DNA of 44,514 bases from Toensbergia leucococca (lineage: Eukaryota), in contig JALDZS010000189.1 in NCBI GenBank assembly GCA_022813965.1, positions 1 to 44,514 of the forward strand. Direction: 5' to 3'. The position numbers were made by a program, and so were the translations under genes. The first letter of the stretch is position 1; each line of letters starts with the position of its first letter. Shown here in pieces: positions 20,835-33,319 of the stretch. The notes beneath the pieces were generated by a model. The model had not been told where the DNA came from. It was given only the letters and a program-made list of their open reading frames with translations, and did no database searches.

Positions 20835-22657
20835 TCAGCTTCTGCCCCTAGCGTGTACGCAATGCACGGAACGAGTAACAGGCCGTTGGACCGCATCTTT
20901 AGCCAGCACAGCATTGCCCACCTCCACCAGTCTCGGCCCCACATACTCTCCCTGACGCCAAAACCAAAACGCTGCCACAAAAATTGTAAACCCCCCGGTA
21001 ATCAAGCACGCATAATTCATACTCTCCGCCGTCACAGGCAAAGCGAACGGAAAGCAGAAAACGACAATAAAAGCCACAATGTAGAGACAAGAGTGGCATT
21101 GACGACATAGCCAATTGAACCCTTCATCCAGAACCAGCCTGGCGCTACATTCGCTCGCCGACTTAGTAGATGTGGCAAAATGGCTGCAAGATATGACAGT
21201 GTGGATAGCACGACAAAGGAACCTACAAAGGCACTAAAGGCCGTCGAAGACCCGACATAGATACAGCTCAGGACCGTACAAATGACAGAGCACAGCACAA
21301 TCGAGTGGAACGGATTCTTATACCTTGGATTGACGCGGGCAAAGAAGCCACTGAATGGTGTCGCGTTGTCTCGAGATAGTGTCCAGAAGGTGCGACTGGC
21401 GGTGAGGTAGCAACCAACGGCAGCGATGAAGGTGGGAAGAAAGGCAAGGATGAGCAATCCTAGAGAGCCAGCTGCAGAGCCGGTTGCTTGGCGGTATATC
21501 TCGGCAAGAGGGAAGAGGTAGGTGCTGTCTAGGACGGCAGGTAGGTCAGAGAGGGCGTAGAAGATGGCAATGAGATACAGAAGGGCCGTGACGAAACCAA
21601 CGACAAATTGGGCGAGAATGGCTTTGGGTATGTTGATGCTGGGTCTATTCCCTATGTCAAGGCGATTACGCGGGATTTTGACTGGTGTGCTTACCCTGTG
21701 ATTTCTTCGGCCAGGTGTGAGACGACGTCAGGGGTTCCGACTGTGAAAGCCCCATTTAGCATTCCCAGCGCGAACACGAACCCGTCGCTAGAATATCCTG
21801 TTGAATTCTCCAAATCGCGCCATACAAAGCTATTTGTGGCGTATGGAATGCCGTTAACGTGAGGCATGATTGCGCAAACAATGATGGTGATGAAGACCCC
21901 GGTGACTATCAAAAAGCCGCCCAGGAGCTCAAGCGTGGGCAACGCCCGGTTGGCGAAGAGCACGATGAAGCAGCATACCCATGTGCAGACAATGTAGCTT
22001 ACAAATACATGCCATCGCTGCATCACAAACGTCGGGTGGAAAATTGCGTACATGGAGACTGTCTGAGCGCCAACGATTTATAGCGTTGCGGCGAGGCCGA
22101 AAATCCAACCGAGGAGGTTCCACCAGCCTGCAAACTAGCCACAGACGCGACCATATCTGTCTCCTCTAGTAATTGAGGCCCAGTGGTACACTACTCGATC
22201 ATCGTGAGGGCAAGTGCTGGGGAGGGGCGGCCGTTCAGCTTGGTCGACACACCTCCACCGGCAGACGGAATGGCCGAAGCAAGTTCGGCGATCGAGGCTG
22301 CGATCAGCCAGTACAAGAATGAGACGACGATGCTGGAGCAGGTGAGGGGATTTCTTCCATGTTGAGAAGTGCTGGCGGGGAACCTTACAGCTCGTATATG
22401 ACACCGGGAGGCCCGCCGTTGTAGATAGCAACAGTCTCGAAAATGTGTCAGCTACGGGCAGGCATCAAGTAGAATGCAAAGATTCGTACAATACTTCAAC
22501 CCAGTGCTACCCAAGTATTCCTGGAGGTCAAAGCTAGGTCACAAATACTGAGGAGATTGAAGTGCCGATCTAGCTCTTGGCGGTGGCCGGAGGCATTGAT
22601 AGGAATATCTGTCGGAATCGTCACGACTGGCGGAGCTGAAGGTTTTGGTGAAGCCAT
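20835..22657 (-). pseudogene. Amino acid/choline permease (APC superfamily, HNM1/UGA4-like) pseudogene
   Basis: Recognisable motifs: QELDRHFNLLSIC, NGGPPGVIYE, SIAELASAIPSAGGVYHWA, FAGWWN, GTPDVVSHLAEE, SRTFWTLSRDNATPFS, MNYAC. Disablements: TGA at 22498-22496 (GGSI to G*SI), TAG at 22137-22135 (G*FAGWWN), TAA at 22080-22078, a 1-nt frameshift near 21093, and a GAG acceptor at intron 1. Confidence 0.92.
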
Positions 22658-23422
22658 GGTTCTACTTCCAGCGGGGTCTTTGAGAAGCCAATTGTGTAGG
22701 TAGACTTCCCCAGCAGCCATAGTTTCATCCCCACGATCTCCTTTGCCACCTGCTTATCTTGCGAGATACGAGATAGGTACGTAGGCTACACATAAAGGAG
22801 GTACTGGCGGGGTATACATGATGCAGGATGCATTTTAGTGATCAAGCTAGCCATGAAAGTGTACCTTACCTATACTCCAACAGTCAGCAAGGTAATAGGC
22901 GTCTGGCAGAGGTCAGGATACCGAATGTTTTCTTCCTGACGGGAAAAGGACGATAATCCCTAACGACGTGCTAAATCCCTGCTCAGCAATGTCCTCACGC
23001 AGCTGTAATTGTTCTGCCACAGTACTTCATCCAAACCAATCCATACAAACTTGTTTGAAGAAAGACATTGTAAGCGCGGCTTTGTAGGTTTGGATAAGTG
23101 CAAGAGATCCTGTGCGGATCGATCTGCAACTCAGTACAGATATGAGCATCCATATGACTCAAAGTCTGCACCGATCTGTAGATTTCCTACTTCTCGTTCG
23201 ATGATTTATATAGCTTTTCTCGTTAGTTTCATGAAGTAATAGCTCGTGCCAACGCTCCGCTGATTTGTTCAAATTCAGAGTCGACTGTAAGGATCTCCAT
23301 TCCATGCAATTAGAGCGGATACCGTTGACTTCTACATCTAGAGAGCATAGTGAACACCAAGAAGGAATATGATCATCGCAAGCATTCTTTGGAACAATTG
23401 TAATATTTACTCGTTGCTTTGC

Positions 23423-24711
23423 TTAACAAACCTCCAGATGATCCGTTACCATGATCGAGCCCAAGGGGATATGATCCGGCTCAGGTGTCTTGTGGCTCGC
23501 AACAGCCGTTGTTTCCCACCGTTCTCGCTCCGGGCTGAGAATCTTATTGGATTCGCTGATTTCATAAAATGTGCCGGTAGTACTCGACTCTGATTTCCTC
23601 GGTGAAGAAAGGAACGAGCGAAAGGAGGTGCGAAGCTCTGCGAGAAATTTTCTCATCTGTAGAAAAGGTGCCATGACCGGAAGCGAAACGGACAGGACTT
23701 CGATGGCAGGTTCGATAGCCGTCCAGCTGACTATGCTGTCGTACCCTAATTGGCCATCAGATTGACTGCGTAACAAACAAGTATGATTCCACCTACATGT
23801 AATATCGTCGAGATTCGCGGATGATATAGCTATCAAGCGTATGATAGCAATGACAACAGATCTGACGAATTATCAGCATCTTAAGCTAGCATTCTTCTTT
23901 GAGTAGTCACTCTTACAATCCGCCTAATAAGAAGATACCTGCAACGCTGATCCTTTTTCTCAATGACATCTGCAGGCGCCATACAGCCGACACTGGTAAT
24001 GCCAGAATAATGACGTCTAATGCTAGATTTAAACTTTGAAGACCGACGACAAAGCGCAGAGGGTCGATGCAGTGTCCAGGTGTCTCAATCAGCCAGGCTT
24101 TATCAATTGGGCTGCATTGGAATGCTGCCGTGAGATTATTGACTAAGAGCCACGCAATCACCAGAGCGCCGACGATATTGGTCCAGAGACGAAATTGTGC
24201 GGTAGGGAATATTCTCCGATAAAATAAAAGGACAGAAACCTTGATCAGAGTTATTGCTACCCCGTAGACCTGCTCACTGGCGTAGTTGGCCTGCCACTAT
24301 ATCAGAAAAAGTCTTTCGGATATGAAGGTCTTTCGGATATTAACATACCTTTGAGTATATGACCAACTCCTTGGGTGGAATGGTAGTCAGATGTCGACCA
24401 TTGCCATTCCGGTCAGCTGAAGAAAAATCAATAAGTACACACAGACCAGAAAACACTTTCATATACGTACAGACTATGTAAATGCAAGCATTGCCTATAG
24501 TAAACAGCTATCGACGATCAGCAGAGTAATGATTACAAACATCAATGATACAGAGACTAACAGCTCCAGCGATAATAACATAATCGTCTGCACCTAGCGG
24601 TAGCTTCTGAACTCTCCGGGCCAGCAGTCGCAGGAGTATAGCTATGCAAGTAATCGAAATGGCGAATCCAATGGCTATTGAAGTAAGATACGACCTGTTT
24701 TCAGAGCTCAT
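23423..24711 (-). CDS. PTH11-like integral membrane protein/GPCR (fungal rhodopsin domain, no CFEM), about 6 exons
   Basis: LLRLLARR..LPLGADDY, GNGRH, LIKVSVLLFYRRIF, FQCSPIDKAW..GHC, LNLALDVIILALP..VWRLQM..RKRISV.GIFLLG and WTAIEP..VLSVSLP. Introns 24561-24508, 24470-24417, 24348-24291 and two more near 23916-23862 and 23794-23746. Confidence 0.92.
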
Positions 24712-25816
24712 CTTCGGTGGTTTGGGGCTGCTTGAAGCTCGACGGATGAAATCCCGAGGACCACTCCAACGGGTTTATCGAGATCCAAGCTAAGGCAGGA
24801 AGCCAAGCTGGGTGGTAAGTAATTGCTTACAAAGTTGGCAAGATGAAGGCAGTTGATTGCAGGATATGATCACATCCTCGACTTTTTGTATATGACTATA
24901 AGAAAACCAAACAGATGACAGAACCGAGAGACGACCTAGCCATTGTCGAAAGTGCAGCGTACGAATATTTACAGGTAGAGTGTCAGACTTGCTTTTCTTC
25001 AAACTCAAGCCCAAGCGTAGCCTAGATCATATCGTGTCCTGGATGAATGAGAAGTGTGGCACACCAGCGACACAAATCCTTGTCTAAACATCAAAAGCTC
25101 GTCCCTTGATAGGCAAGTCATTCGTATGAATCGAGCGAAACCAGCTCGTTGGCTGTACTGTATCATTCATCGACGATGTTTCACACTTTGATGCTCACTA
25201 CCTTAGTGGTCGGATTGTATTTATATCTTAGTGAGATACAGTCATATGGCTCGTGGCCTAAGTCGGTCTTCAGTATCGGTATCCAACCATTATTGAGCTT
25301 CACACACTATCTTCCGATTTTTGTCATACTTGAATGCGGCACAGCGCAATTTCGACTCGCAATCGGAACTTCGAGATACCCTGCATGTTACAGTGCATGA
25401 TGCAAGTACGGTTTGACTTATACATAAAACGGGCCGGGTCTTTCTCCGCATTCAGCATCAACTCCGCAATAATGATTTTCTTACTGTGCAAGCTGACGGT
25501 TTGGCTTCGAGTTCGATCAGCTTGACGATCCTACGCTCAAATTCGTCAGCCAAAGATTGTCTGAGGCCGGTTGGGTCATGCACGTCGGAGACATATCATG
25601 CTGTCTACTCTGTAAATCTTGCAACATGCCCAATATCACCAGTCCTGCCTTATCGTTTCTGGCTTGATTCTGCCCCATTATCGAGCCAAGAGCCGTTGGA
25701 TTAAGGTGAATCCGAGGTCTACTGGAATCCATGAACTTGCTGTTGCCGAGTGAATGTTTTAGAGGCTGTCGGTCTTCTTTCTGCGTCATTCCACCAACCT
25801 CAAACTTACTTGCGCC

Positions 25817-26916
25817 ATGACTAACAGTGAAGCGTATATGCTGCCAAGGGACAGTCAAGAATCACAACGACTCAACGCCCAGCATGAATTGATGCGCACT
25901 CTATCAAGCGGACTTCTCATCCATCCCTCTATACCCTACCGGAGCTTGCGTAACGTGGCCGACGTAGCTACCGGCACAGGAATCTGGCTGCGAGAGTTGG
26001 CCGTAAGTCCTCCGTTTTCGAATCAGTCGGATGGCCAGAAGACAAAGTTCGTAGGTTTCGATATATCACAGCACCAATTTCCGTCTCCTGAAGCCTTGCC
26101 TCCAGGAATCGACTTCGTCGTTCAAGATATGACAAAGCCATTTCCTGTCCACTACCACGAGAAGTTTGACTTGGTAAACGTTCGTTTGGTAAGCTATGCG
26201 ATCAAGGCCGTGGAATTGGAACAGACTGTTCGGCATGTTTTGCAAATCTTGCGTGAGTGATGGCTCTTGATATGACATACGTCAAGTGACAATTTGCCTT
26301 TTTCAGGGCCAGGAGGATACCTACAATGGCAGGAGTGTGATGCTAGTGACAGCTGGACCACCCCCGAGACACCTATGGCGACAGATACGATTAACAATGT
26401 CATCTTCGAAAAGATTGCTCGAGGGCTCCTACCAGGGTAGGTGACTTTCGCCGAACAGACCAACTTGACTAAATGTATTCCAGAATCGCTACACCACTAC
26501 TCAAAATAATACAGTCCTACTCAATCGAAGTTCCTAAGGGAAAGCAAAATCTCATCAGCTGGAGTCCCGATCTCATGCGAATCAAGCATTTGGAGACGGT
26601 ATCGACTCTAAATCACCCCTCCCCCGCAGTTGCGGCCGTCAAAAACATGGTGGTGATTTCCGCTGCTAGCAATCTACTTGAGTCAAGCATATCTCGGAAG
26701 AAAGCGGCGGCGACAGACCCTTCAACATCGAATATGGAAGCAAAAGAGCTTGCCAAGGAGATAGAATCATTGAACGAATTGATGGACGCGATCAAGCGCG
26801 GTGATGGCGATGCATGTAATAATTGGAACTTTGAGTTGACGTGGATTGTTGCAAGAAAAGCTATTGTTGTGGATGAAAAGGAAGCTTGGATGTCTATCAA
26901 AAATCCATCTCAATAG
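25817..26916 (+). CDS. SAM-dependent methyltransferase (fungal LaeA-like/Methyltransf_23 type). Exons 25817-26252, 26307-26436, 26484-26916
   Basis: Y.LPRD..ESQRLNAQH, motif I VADVATGTGIWL, GFDIS, FP..YHEKFDLVNVR and ILRPGGYLQW.E across the first splice junction. Confidence 0.9.
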
Positions 26917-26929
26917 ACACGAGCATGGC

Positions 26930-28030
26930 CTAAAGTTTGCCATCTTTGTGCAACCTCTTCTCGGTAACTATTTGCGAAACATCGACGACAAAGCAAACCT
27001 GGTGACTGAGAGCCACTAGCTCGAGCTTCTCGTCCAGGATTGTGATTTCGGCGTCAAAACGTCCATTCTTGATCTCTGTAGAGCGTGCTCTAAGAAACAA
27101 CCATTGAACTCCTCGGGATGGGAGCGATTTCTTGATTTCCAAGTGCATCGATAAAGTAGGATACCAATAAGACGTTGCATTGCCCTGGAATTGGCTTCCC
27201 TCGGTAGCCGCCCGTAATGCATTCATAGGGAGCTGCACATTGTTCCACGCTGATTTCGGGCAGTAGTTTTCTACCATTCGATGCCAGTGGTCGGCCACGG
27301 AGCCTAGCATTTCATTGGTAAACTTTTCCTCAGCAGATATAAACTTCATCCACACGTCCGTAACATTTTTTTGTGGCAGTGCATGGATCGGAGAAAAGAA
27401 TTTAAAGTGCGTGATTGGCTTGAAAAAGCTGTCAGGATGCCATGGGATTGTGTAACCTACCCAATGAGGATCTAAGCCGTCAGCAAGCTTTTCGAGATCG
27501 ACTGGAGCGGGCTCTGGAGTAAGGATGTTGGGTATCGGATAAGAGATCCCTTTTTCCGAGTTCAGATTCGTGTTCCTGTTTAGTAAATAACGAAGCTCGT
27601 AGATCGCGAAGAATTGGTGGACTCACGAAGCATACCCGACAATGATTTCCCTTTGGTTTTGAGTCAGGGTGAAGTGGATAGTTGAAATCTTTTTGCCCAA
27701 CTGTACATCCCTGATCGTTACTACGGCTTTGCCGGCTATTGCAGGGCGGAGGAAGACGGTCTCAATATTGAACGTGTCGGGGTGGTTGTAACTCCGGAGA
27801 GTGGACCCGAAATGCTGTTGTGCGGCAAAGATCACGACAGAAACTAGGAGTCCTCCATGCACAGCTAAGGTGACTTTAGTTGAAGGAGTGAAGGTCTTCT
27901 TGACTCTGGACTGCTTACTTTTCCCATAGCAATGATCGAGAGGAATATGAACAAGATATTTATGCGAGTCGAGGGGGACGGTGGTCATAGCCGCTTTCAA
28001 AGTGACCCTTGTTGTGTCTGATTGATCCAT
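26930..28030 (-). CDS. Double-hotdog thioesterase-like protein (TesB/4HBT family). Exons 28030-27919, 27864-27627, 27575-26930
   Basis: CYGK|TVHGG, HPD.....FLRP..G.A...I.DV.LG...ST, WYPTLSMHLEIKKSLP..GV.WL and IKNGRFD.E..I.DE..ELVALSHQV are typical of fungal hotdog thioesterases. Confidence 0.88.
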
Positions 28031-28416
28031 TAAATTCAAGGTGGGGGCTCAGTAGCAAATTAACGACTGTGGCGGCTTCTGGCAAGAGCTGTTGGTAACA
28101 CTATTGGTATAGTCAGCCTCCAAAAAACATCAGCCTTTATTCAAAACCAACCTGCTCTTTAGGTGCTCAATTACATGTAAAAACGAAGCAGACTACCTTA
28201 CAGTAGACAGGCCACAGAGCTGAAATAATGACCGGTGAATGGACTGATAGACCGATACCACCTTGCGGTTCGAGATGCCTAATTGGCTCGTTGAGCTACG
28301 ATCTGCCTTACCTTGAATCTTCAAGCTACCTAAGGCGTAGAGGCTTGTAAAAAGTAGTGTAGGAATGTCCCCTAGATATAAGCTGTTCACGATCCGGGCA
28401 ATCAAAGTATCGCGAA

Positions 28417-30098
28417 ATGGCTTTCCCGAGTATGACAATATTCGTAATGATGCAGGTCCCGTGGGTATATGCGATATGCATGATACTAGGTCTACTCGTG
28501 AGAGCTCGGCCTATCGATGTTGCTGGATGAATATAGCTGATAATACTGAAACAGGCAATCTGTTTTGTTTCTAAAGCTGTATACAACTTGTATTGGCATC
28601 CGCTGTCACACTTTCCTGGACCTCGTTCATTTGCAATCAGTCGACTCCCATACGCCTACTATCATCTCGCTGGTAAATTGGCTGTAACATTCCACGCGCT
28701 TCATCTTGAATACGGTCCTATTATAAGAACGGCTCCAAATGAACTTTCGTTTATCGAGCCTGAAGCTTGGAGAACAATTTATGCCGAACATGGAGAATTG
28801 CGTCAAGTATTTCCAAAAAATTACGATACCTTCAAAGAAACTCGTAATCAAATCGACCACTCAGTCTTCATCGCGGGAGATAGCGACCATGCGCGAATGA
28901 GAAAGATAATAAACCCTGCTTTCTCCGAACGAGCTCTTCGAGACCAAGAGCCTCGAATGCAAAGTCAGGTCCAAGTACTTGTACGAGCACTCGATTGCGA
29001 ACGCCGCAAGAAAAGCGGCATAGTCGATCTCAACAAATGGTACAATTATGCGGCCTTTGATATCATCGCCGATGCTGCACTTGGCGAACCATTCAACACC
29101 CTGGGAGATGCGACATACCGTTCGTGGACTCGTCTAATGGGGAAGACTTGGAAGGTCATAACTTTTGCCAGCGAGCTAAAGAGTTTGGCAGCACCTCTGT
29201 ATTTGTTCCGTCACTTGATGCCCACGGGACTTATATTGCAGAAAGAAGTAGACAAGTTGAACATAATCTTAGATAGGGTGAGGGAGCGGACAATTCTAAA
29301 GACAGACCGTACTGATCTCCTCTCTTTGGTTATAAATCACAATAATGGTAAGGAAAAAATGACGGAGCAAGAGATTATCTCCAATGCTACTCTGTTCGTT
29401 GCCGCTGGTACCGAAACCGTCAGCACACTACTTTCCGCGCTCACCTACTTACTTACACGAAATGGGCGAGTTCTGCGAAAGCTGACTGGTGAAATCCGGG
29501 AGAGCTTTTCCGACGAAAATCTCATTACAGTGCGAAATGTGAGCCAGTCACAATATCTAACAGCATGTATTCAAGAGGCCCTGCGACTGTTCCCACCAAC
29601 ACCTGAAGGACTACCACGTATAGTACCTTCCAAAGGCGAAGAGATTTGCGGGCAATGGGTTCCAGGTGGAGTGTGTGCTACCTTCTAGCTATATCATCTT
29701 TGCGTTCTTTCTAATGACTCCCAGACATTTGTACAAGTCAGTACATTGGCAGCAAGCCTATCTCCGACAAATTTCGCGGAGCCAGAGTCTTTTATCCCCG
29801 AACGCTGGCTCAAGACGGACCAATGTTTCTTGGCTGACAAAAAGCAAGCATTTCAGCCATTTTCTGTTGGCCCACGAAACTGCGTAGGAAAAAAGTAAGA
29901 CTGCTCCTTTACAGATGGACGAATCTGTGACTGACAGACTTATGCAGTATCGCCATGGCTGAAATCAGACTTATTATCGCTCGTATCTTATGGTGCTTCG
30001 ATTTACGATGTCACCTGAAAGATGAGTGGATGGATCAGCCGACGTATATGCTTTGGGAGAGAAAACCGCTGCCAATTGAGCTTATAGCCATTAGATAG
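28417..30098 (+). CDS. Cytochrome P450 (CYP65/Tri11-like secondary-metabolism clan). Exons 28417-28497, 28555-29670, 29725-29894, 29948-30098
   Basis: N-terminal TM segment, YNLYWHPLSHFPGP, YGPIIRTAPNELSF, I-helix AGTET, K-helix EALR, PERW and heme motif FSVGPRNCVG. Introns are canonical. The clan assignment is by resemblance only. Confidence 0.95.
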
Positions 30099-30820
30099 CA
30101 GGATTGTGGGAGACCCATTGCATCGAGAGATCTGTTGGATTTGATTTTGAGACATCGGTTGATCGGTTTTGGTACGGAGTAGAAAATGGCTTCTGTTAAA
30201 GTCGAGGGCTCGAGGGCATATTAAGGGCCGAAAACGACACCAACGGCAATAATTGCAACGCGTGAAGTGAAGTTGCATTGCATACAAGTACTCGTAGTGA
30301 CTTTGGGATGATGCAGTTAGAACTTACCCTAGGATAGGTACCTTATGTGACTTGAAAAAATGCCTAGTTGGGTTTAGCCTTTGCCACACTAATTACCTTT
30401 ACCTAAGGTACACTTACTTTTTCTACCTTACTATTTTTTCTACGAGTAGGCTTTCGAACTCTTTAAATGCGAATGAGGCTGCATTGAATCTGGCATAATG
30501 AATTGCTATCTGTCTACATACTACTTTTCTTTTTGAATTTTATCTGTTTAATATACATTCGGCGCCGAATCCTCAAATCGGCATTATCTGCGCGGGTGTG
30601 TTGGTACAGTACCTACTCATTCAAACCAATCAACACAGAGTGTCTGATCAGCAGTAGAAGATTGAGACGACCCCTGTCGTGATAGCGTGCACAGAACCAA
30701 GCTGCAGAACGACTAGCAAGGCTGCAACAGGGTGCAGTGCAAATACTCTGGCTCGTTTGCGCAATCATGTCATCCAAGTGCCTCTGCTTACACTAAGAGC
30801 TTATTCTACCTTCCGGTTCT

Positions 30821-31626
30821 ATGACTTCCTCTATCGAAACTGAGTTACAAGAGCCTTCAGGCTCAATTGCGAACAGAGCTTTTGAAAATGCCGAAGAAAA
30901 ATATAGCACTACTTTATCTAGACGAGACTATGCTCGGATCATTGTCCCTAAAGACATTGAAGATATTGTCACGACAGCAGTGAGCATCCAGGAAGCATAC
31001 CAGATAAACACAGGTCCTCGAGGAATTCGATAGGCAATGACAATCAGAGGCTTAGCCCCAAGGTTTCGGGCCTTTAGCCAGTTGATAGAAAATATTTACC
31101 AGCCTCATATTTAGATCGACTTCAATTCTCAGCCTGTGGAATGTATCTCTATTCTGTCGACGGTAATGTGTTGACTTCGGACATTGCCTGGCCTACTTTG
31201 TATTCTTATATGGACAGTATGATGCAAGAGGACATCTGTGCTTGGAAAAGCCAAACTACTCAGCCCTTTGAGCAGTTTCGACTTCAATCTTGCTATGTCT
31301 CAAGGGACCAAAGACTACGTATCCGAGTCGATGATAACACGGGGATTCTATTGATGGATGAATGGAAGCATTCGAATGATCATGCAGAGGACTTGTACCG
31401 ATCTCGGGTTATCTGCGTTATTCTAGATACCCTTCGAGATCAAACAACGACAGATATGACCATGATCAGACCCAACAGCTCTAGCGAAACCGGCCGTAAG
31501 TCTGTGAAGACGGATTTGGGTTTACTACTTGTACCTTCGACAGCCGTTGCGCCGGTACTAATCAGGACCGGCATCCAAACTGAAGAGATGCTTGAAGGAG
31601 ATGATTGGTTCAAAACCTTGTCGTAG
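30821..31626 (+). pseudogene. Possible degenerate remnant resembling the C-terminal tail of fungal HET-domain proteins
   Basis: ORF 31141-31626 ends in LGLLLVPS....LIRTG.......DDWF, reminiscent of HET-protein C-termini. Upstream frames are broken and no HET core is visible. Confidence 0.3.
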
Positions 31627-32051
31627 GAGAAGGCGGCGAGTATAATATGAGGCAGCAAGCGAAATAAATCTTGGGTTAAGAAACAGGTTTTCTTACTCGG
31701 TACCGTTAGAGTATTAAATGTTACCAAACATCAAAAATCACTTGAAGCCCACTCATTTTCACGGTCCGAGGGTCGTGTTTTTGTGCCTTTACCTCAGGAT
31801 TGCCATCACTCCCATCAGCGTACCTACTTCTTCGGTCTTTCAACATTAATAAATTGATATTACTCTCCGGTGAGAGCGACCATAATCGTACGCAGGGGAT
31901 CTTTGGGTGTCAATATCAGTGAAGAAGCACCCGGAATTGTTCCTGGAAATAATCTCAACAGACCCATCTATCCATGATTCAATCCTTGCATTTTGAAACA
32001 AATTCGTGGCTTGCTAGACATTGAATTCTTCTCTTTGTTTTTCTCGTCGAG

Positions 32052-33241
32052 ATGGCCGATACAGACTCTGTCGTCCTGAAGACGAATCTCTCTAACCACT
32101 TTCGGCTGCTTGCAAGTGGGAAAGGTAATCATTTGGATTCTATTCTATCAACAATGACTACACTTTCGATACAAATTTAATGTCTTATCCAATTAGTACG
32201 CGATGTATATGAGATTGACGACTCGACCTTGCTCTTTGTGGCAACGGATCGCATTAGCGCCTATGATGTGGTCTGTTCTCACACGTCAAAAGTCTCCTTC
32301 TCATATCTACTCACTAATTCGATTTGTAAAAGGTCTTGCAAACTGTATATCAATCTTTCGTCATGGTTCAAACCCAAGTCGAGATGGCTGAAAATGTGCC
32401 AGGGAATACCTAAAAAAGGCGCTATTCTCACGTTGTTAAGCTCGCACTGGTTCTCCGTTCTCTCCCATGTTATACCCTCCCTCTGTACTCATTTCTTGAC
32501 TCTCGATCTCCCAATATCTCTACGAACATCCGACCTGGCACCAATTTTCCGCGATCGAAGTATGCAGGTCCGCCGTCTCAAGGTATTCCCTATCGAGTCT
32601 ATCGTCCGCGGGTACATCACTGGATCTGCGTGGAGCGAGTACAAGAGCGTAGGCACTGTGCATGGGATGGCGATGCCGACAGGGTTGGTGGAGAGCGAGA
32701 AATTAGAGGCCCCATTGTGGACGCCGAGTACTAAGGCTGATATAGGGGCTAAAGACGAAAATATAAGTCCAGAGAAAGGTGCGTCTTGTCTATGATTATG
32801 GCAGACCTGTTGAAATTTCTAGTCTGACGCGTGCAATGCTCTTGGTTCGAAGCTGCTGAAATCGTCGGTGAAGAGTATGCAGAGCAAATTTCAAAGCTCT
32901 CCTTGCAGATTTACACAGTAGCTCGTGACTATGCCGCCGAGCGGGGCATCATTATCGCAGACACAAAATTTGAGTTTGCGTTGGATGATTTTACATCGCC
33001 CCCTTCTGTCGTCCTGGTCGATGAGGTACTCACGCCCGATAGCAGTCGCTTCTGGGATGCGAAAAAATACCAGGTAGGCAGAGGACAAGAAAACCTGGAT
33101 AAACAGTACTTGAGGGACTATTTGACGGAGAATGGGCTCAAGGGAGTCGAGGGAGTCGAGTTGCCAAAGGAGGTGGTAGAAAGGACGGAGAAAGGGTACA
33201 GGGAGGCCTTTGAAAGACTGACTGGGAATATGCAGGCCTGA
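32052..33241 (+). CDS. ADE1: SAICAR synthetase (phosphoribosylaminoimidazole-succinocarboxamide synthase). Exons 32052-32124, 32197-32270, 32333-32344, 32403-32778, 32853-33241
   Basis: LASGK|VRDVYE, LLFVATDRISAYDV|VLQT|GIPKKG, ESIVRGYITGSAW.EY, TPSTKA..G.KDENI, GIIIADTKFEF, DEVLTPDSSRFW and DKQYLRD. Confidence 0.97.
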
Positions 33242-33319
33242 AAAATCTTGACCGTTTTGGAGCGTTCGATTTCTGGGAGTTGCAATATGGAGCCGACGTG
33301 GCCCGATCTCGGAGACATG

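Noticed and set aside
22078..22498. Premature stops in the permease as A-to-I editing-restored or readthrough codons
   Set aside because: Only the TAG at a Trp position would be fixed by editing. The TGA (Gly position), TAA and the 21093 frameshift would not, so ordinary pseudogenisation is more parsimonious.
24311..24340. Direct repeat GTCTTTCGGATAT x2 inside a PTH11-like intron
   Set aside because: A simple local duplication with no element ends or coding effect.
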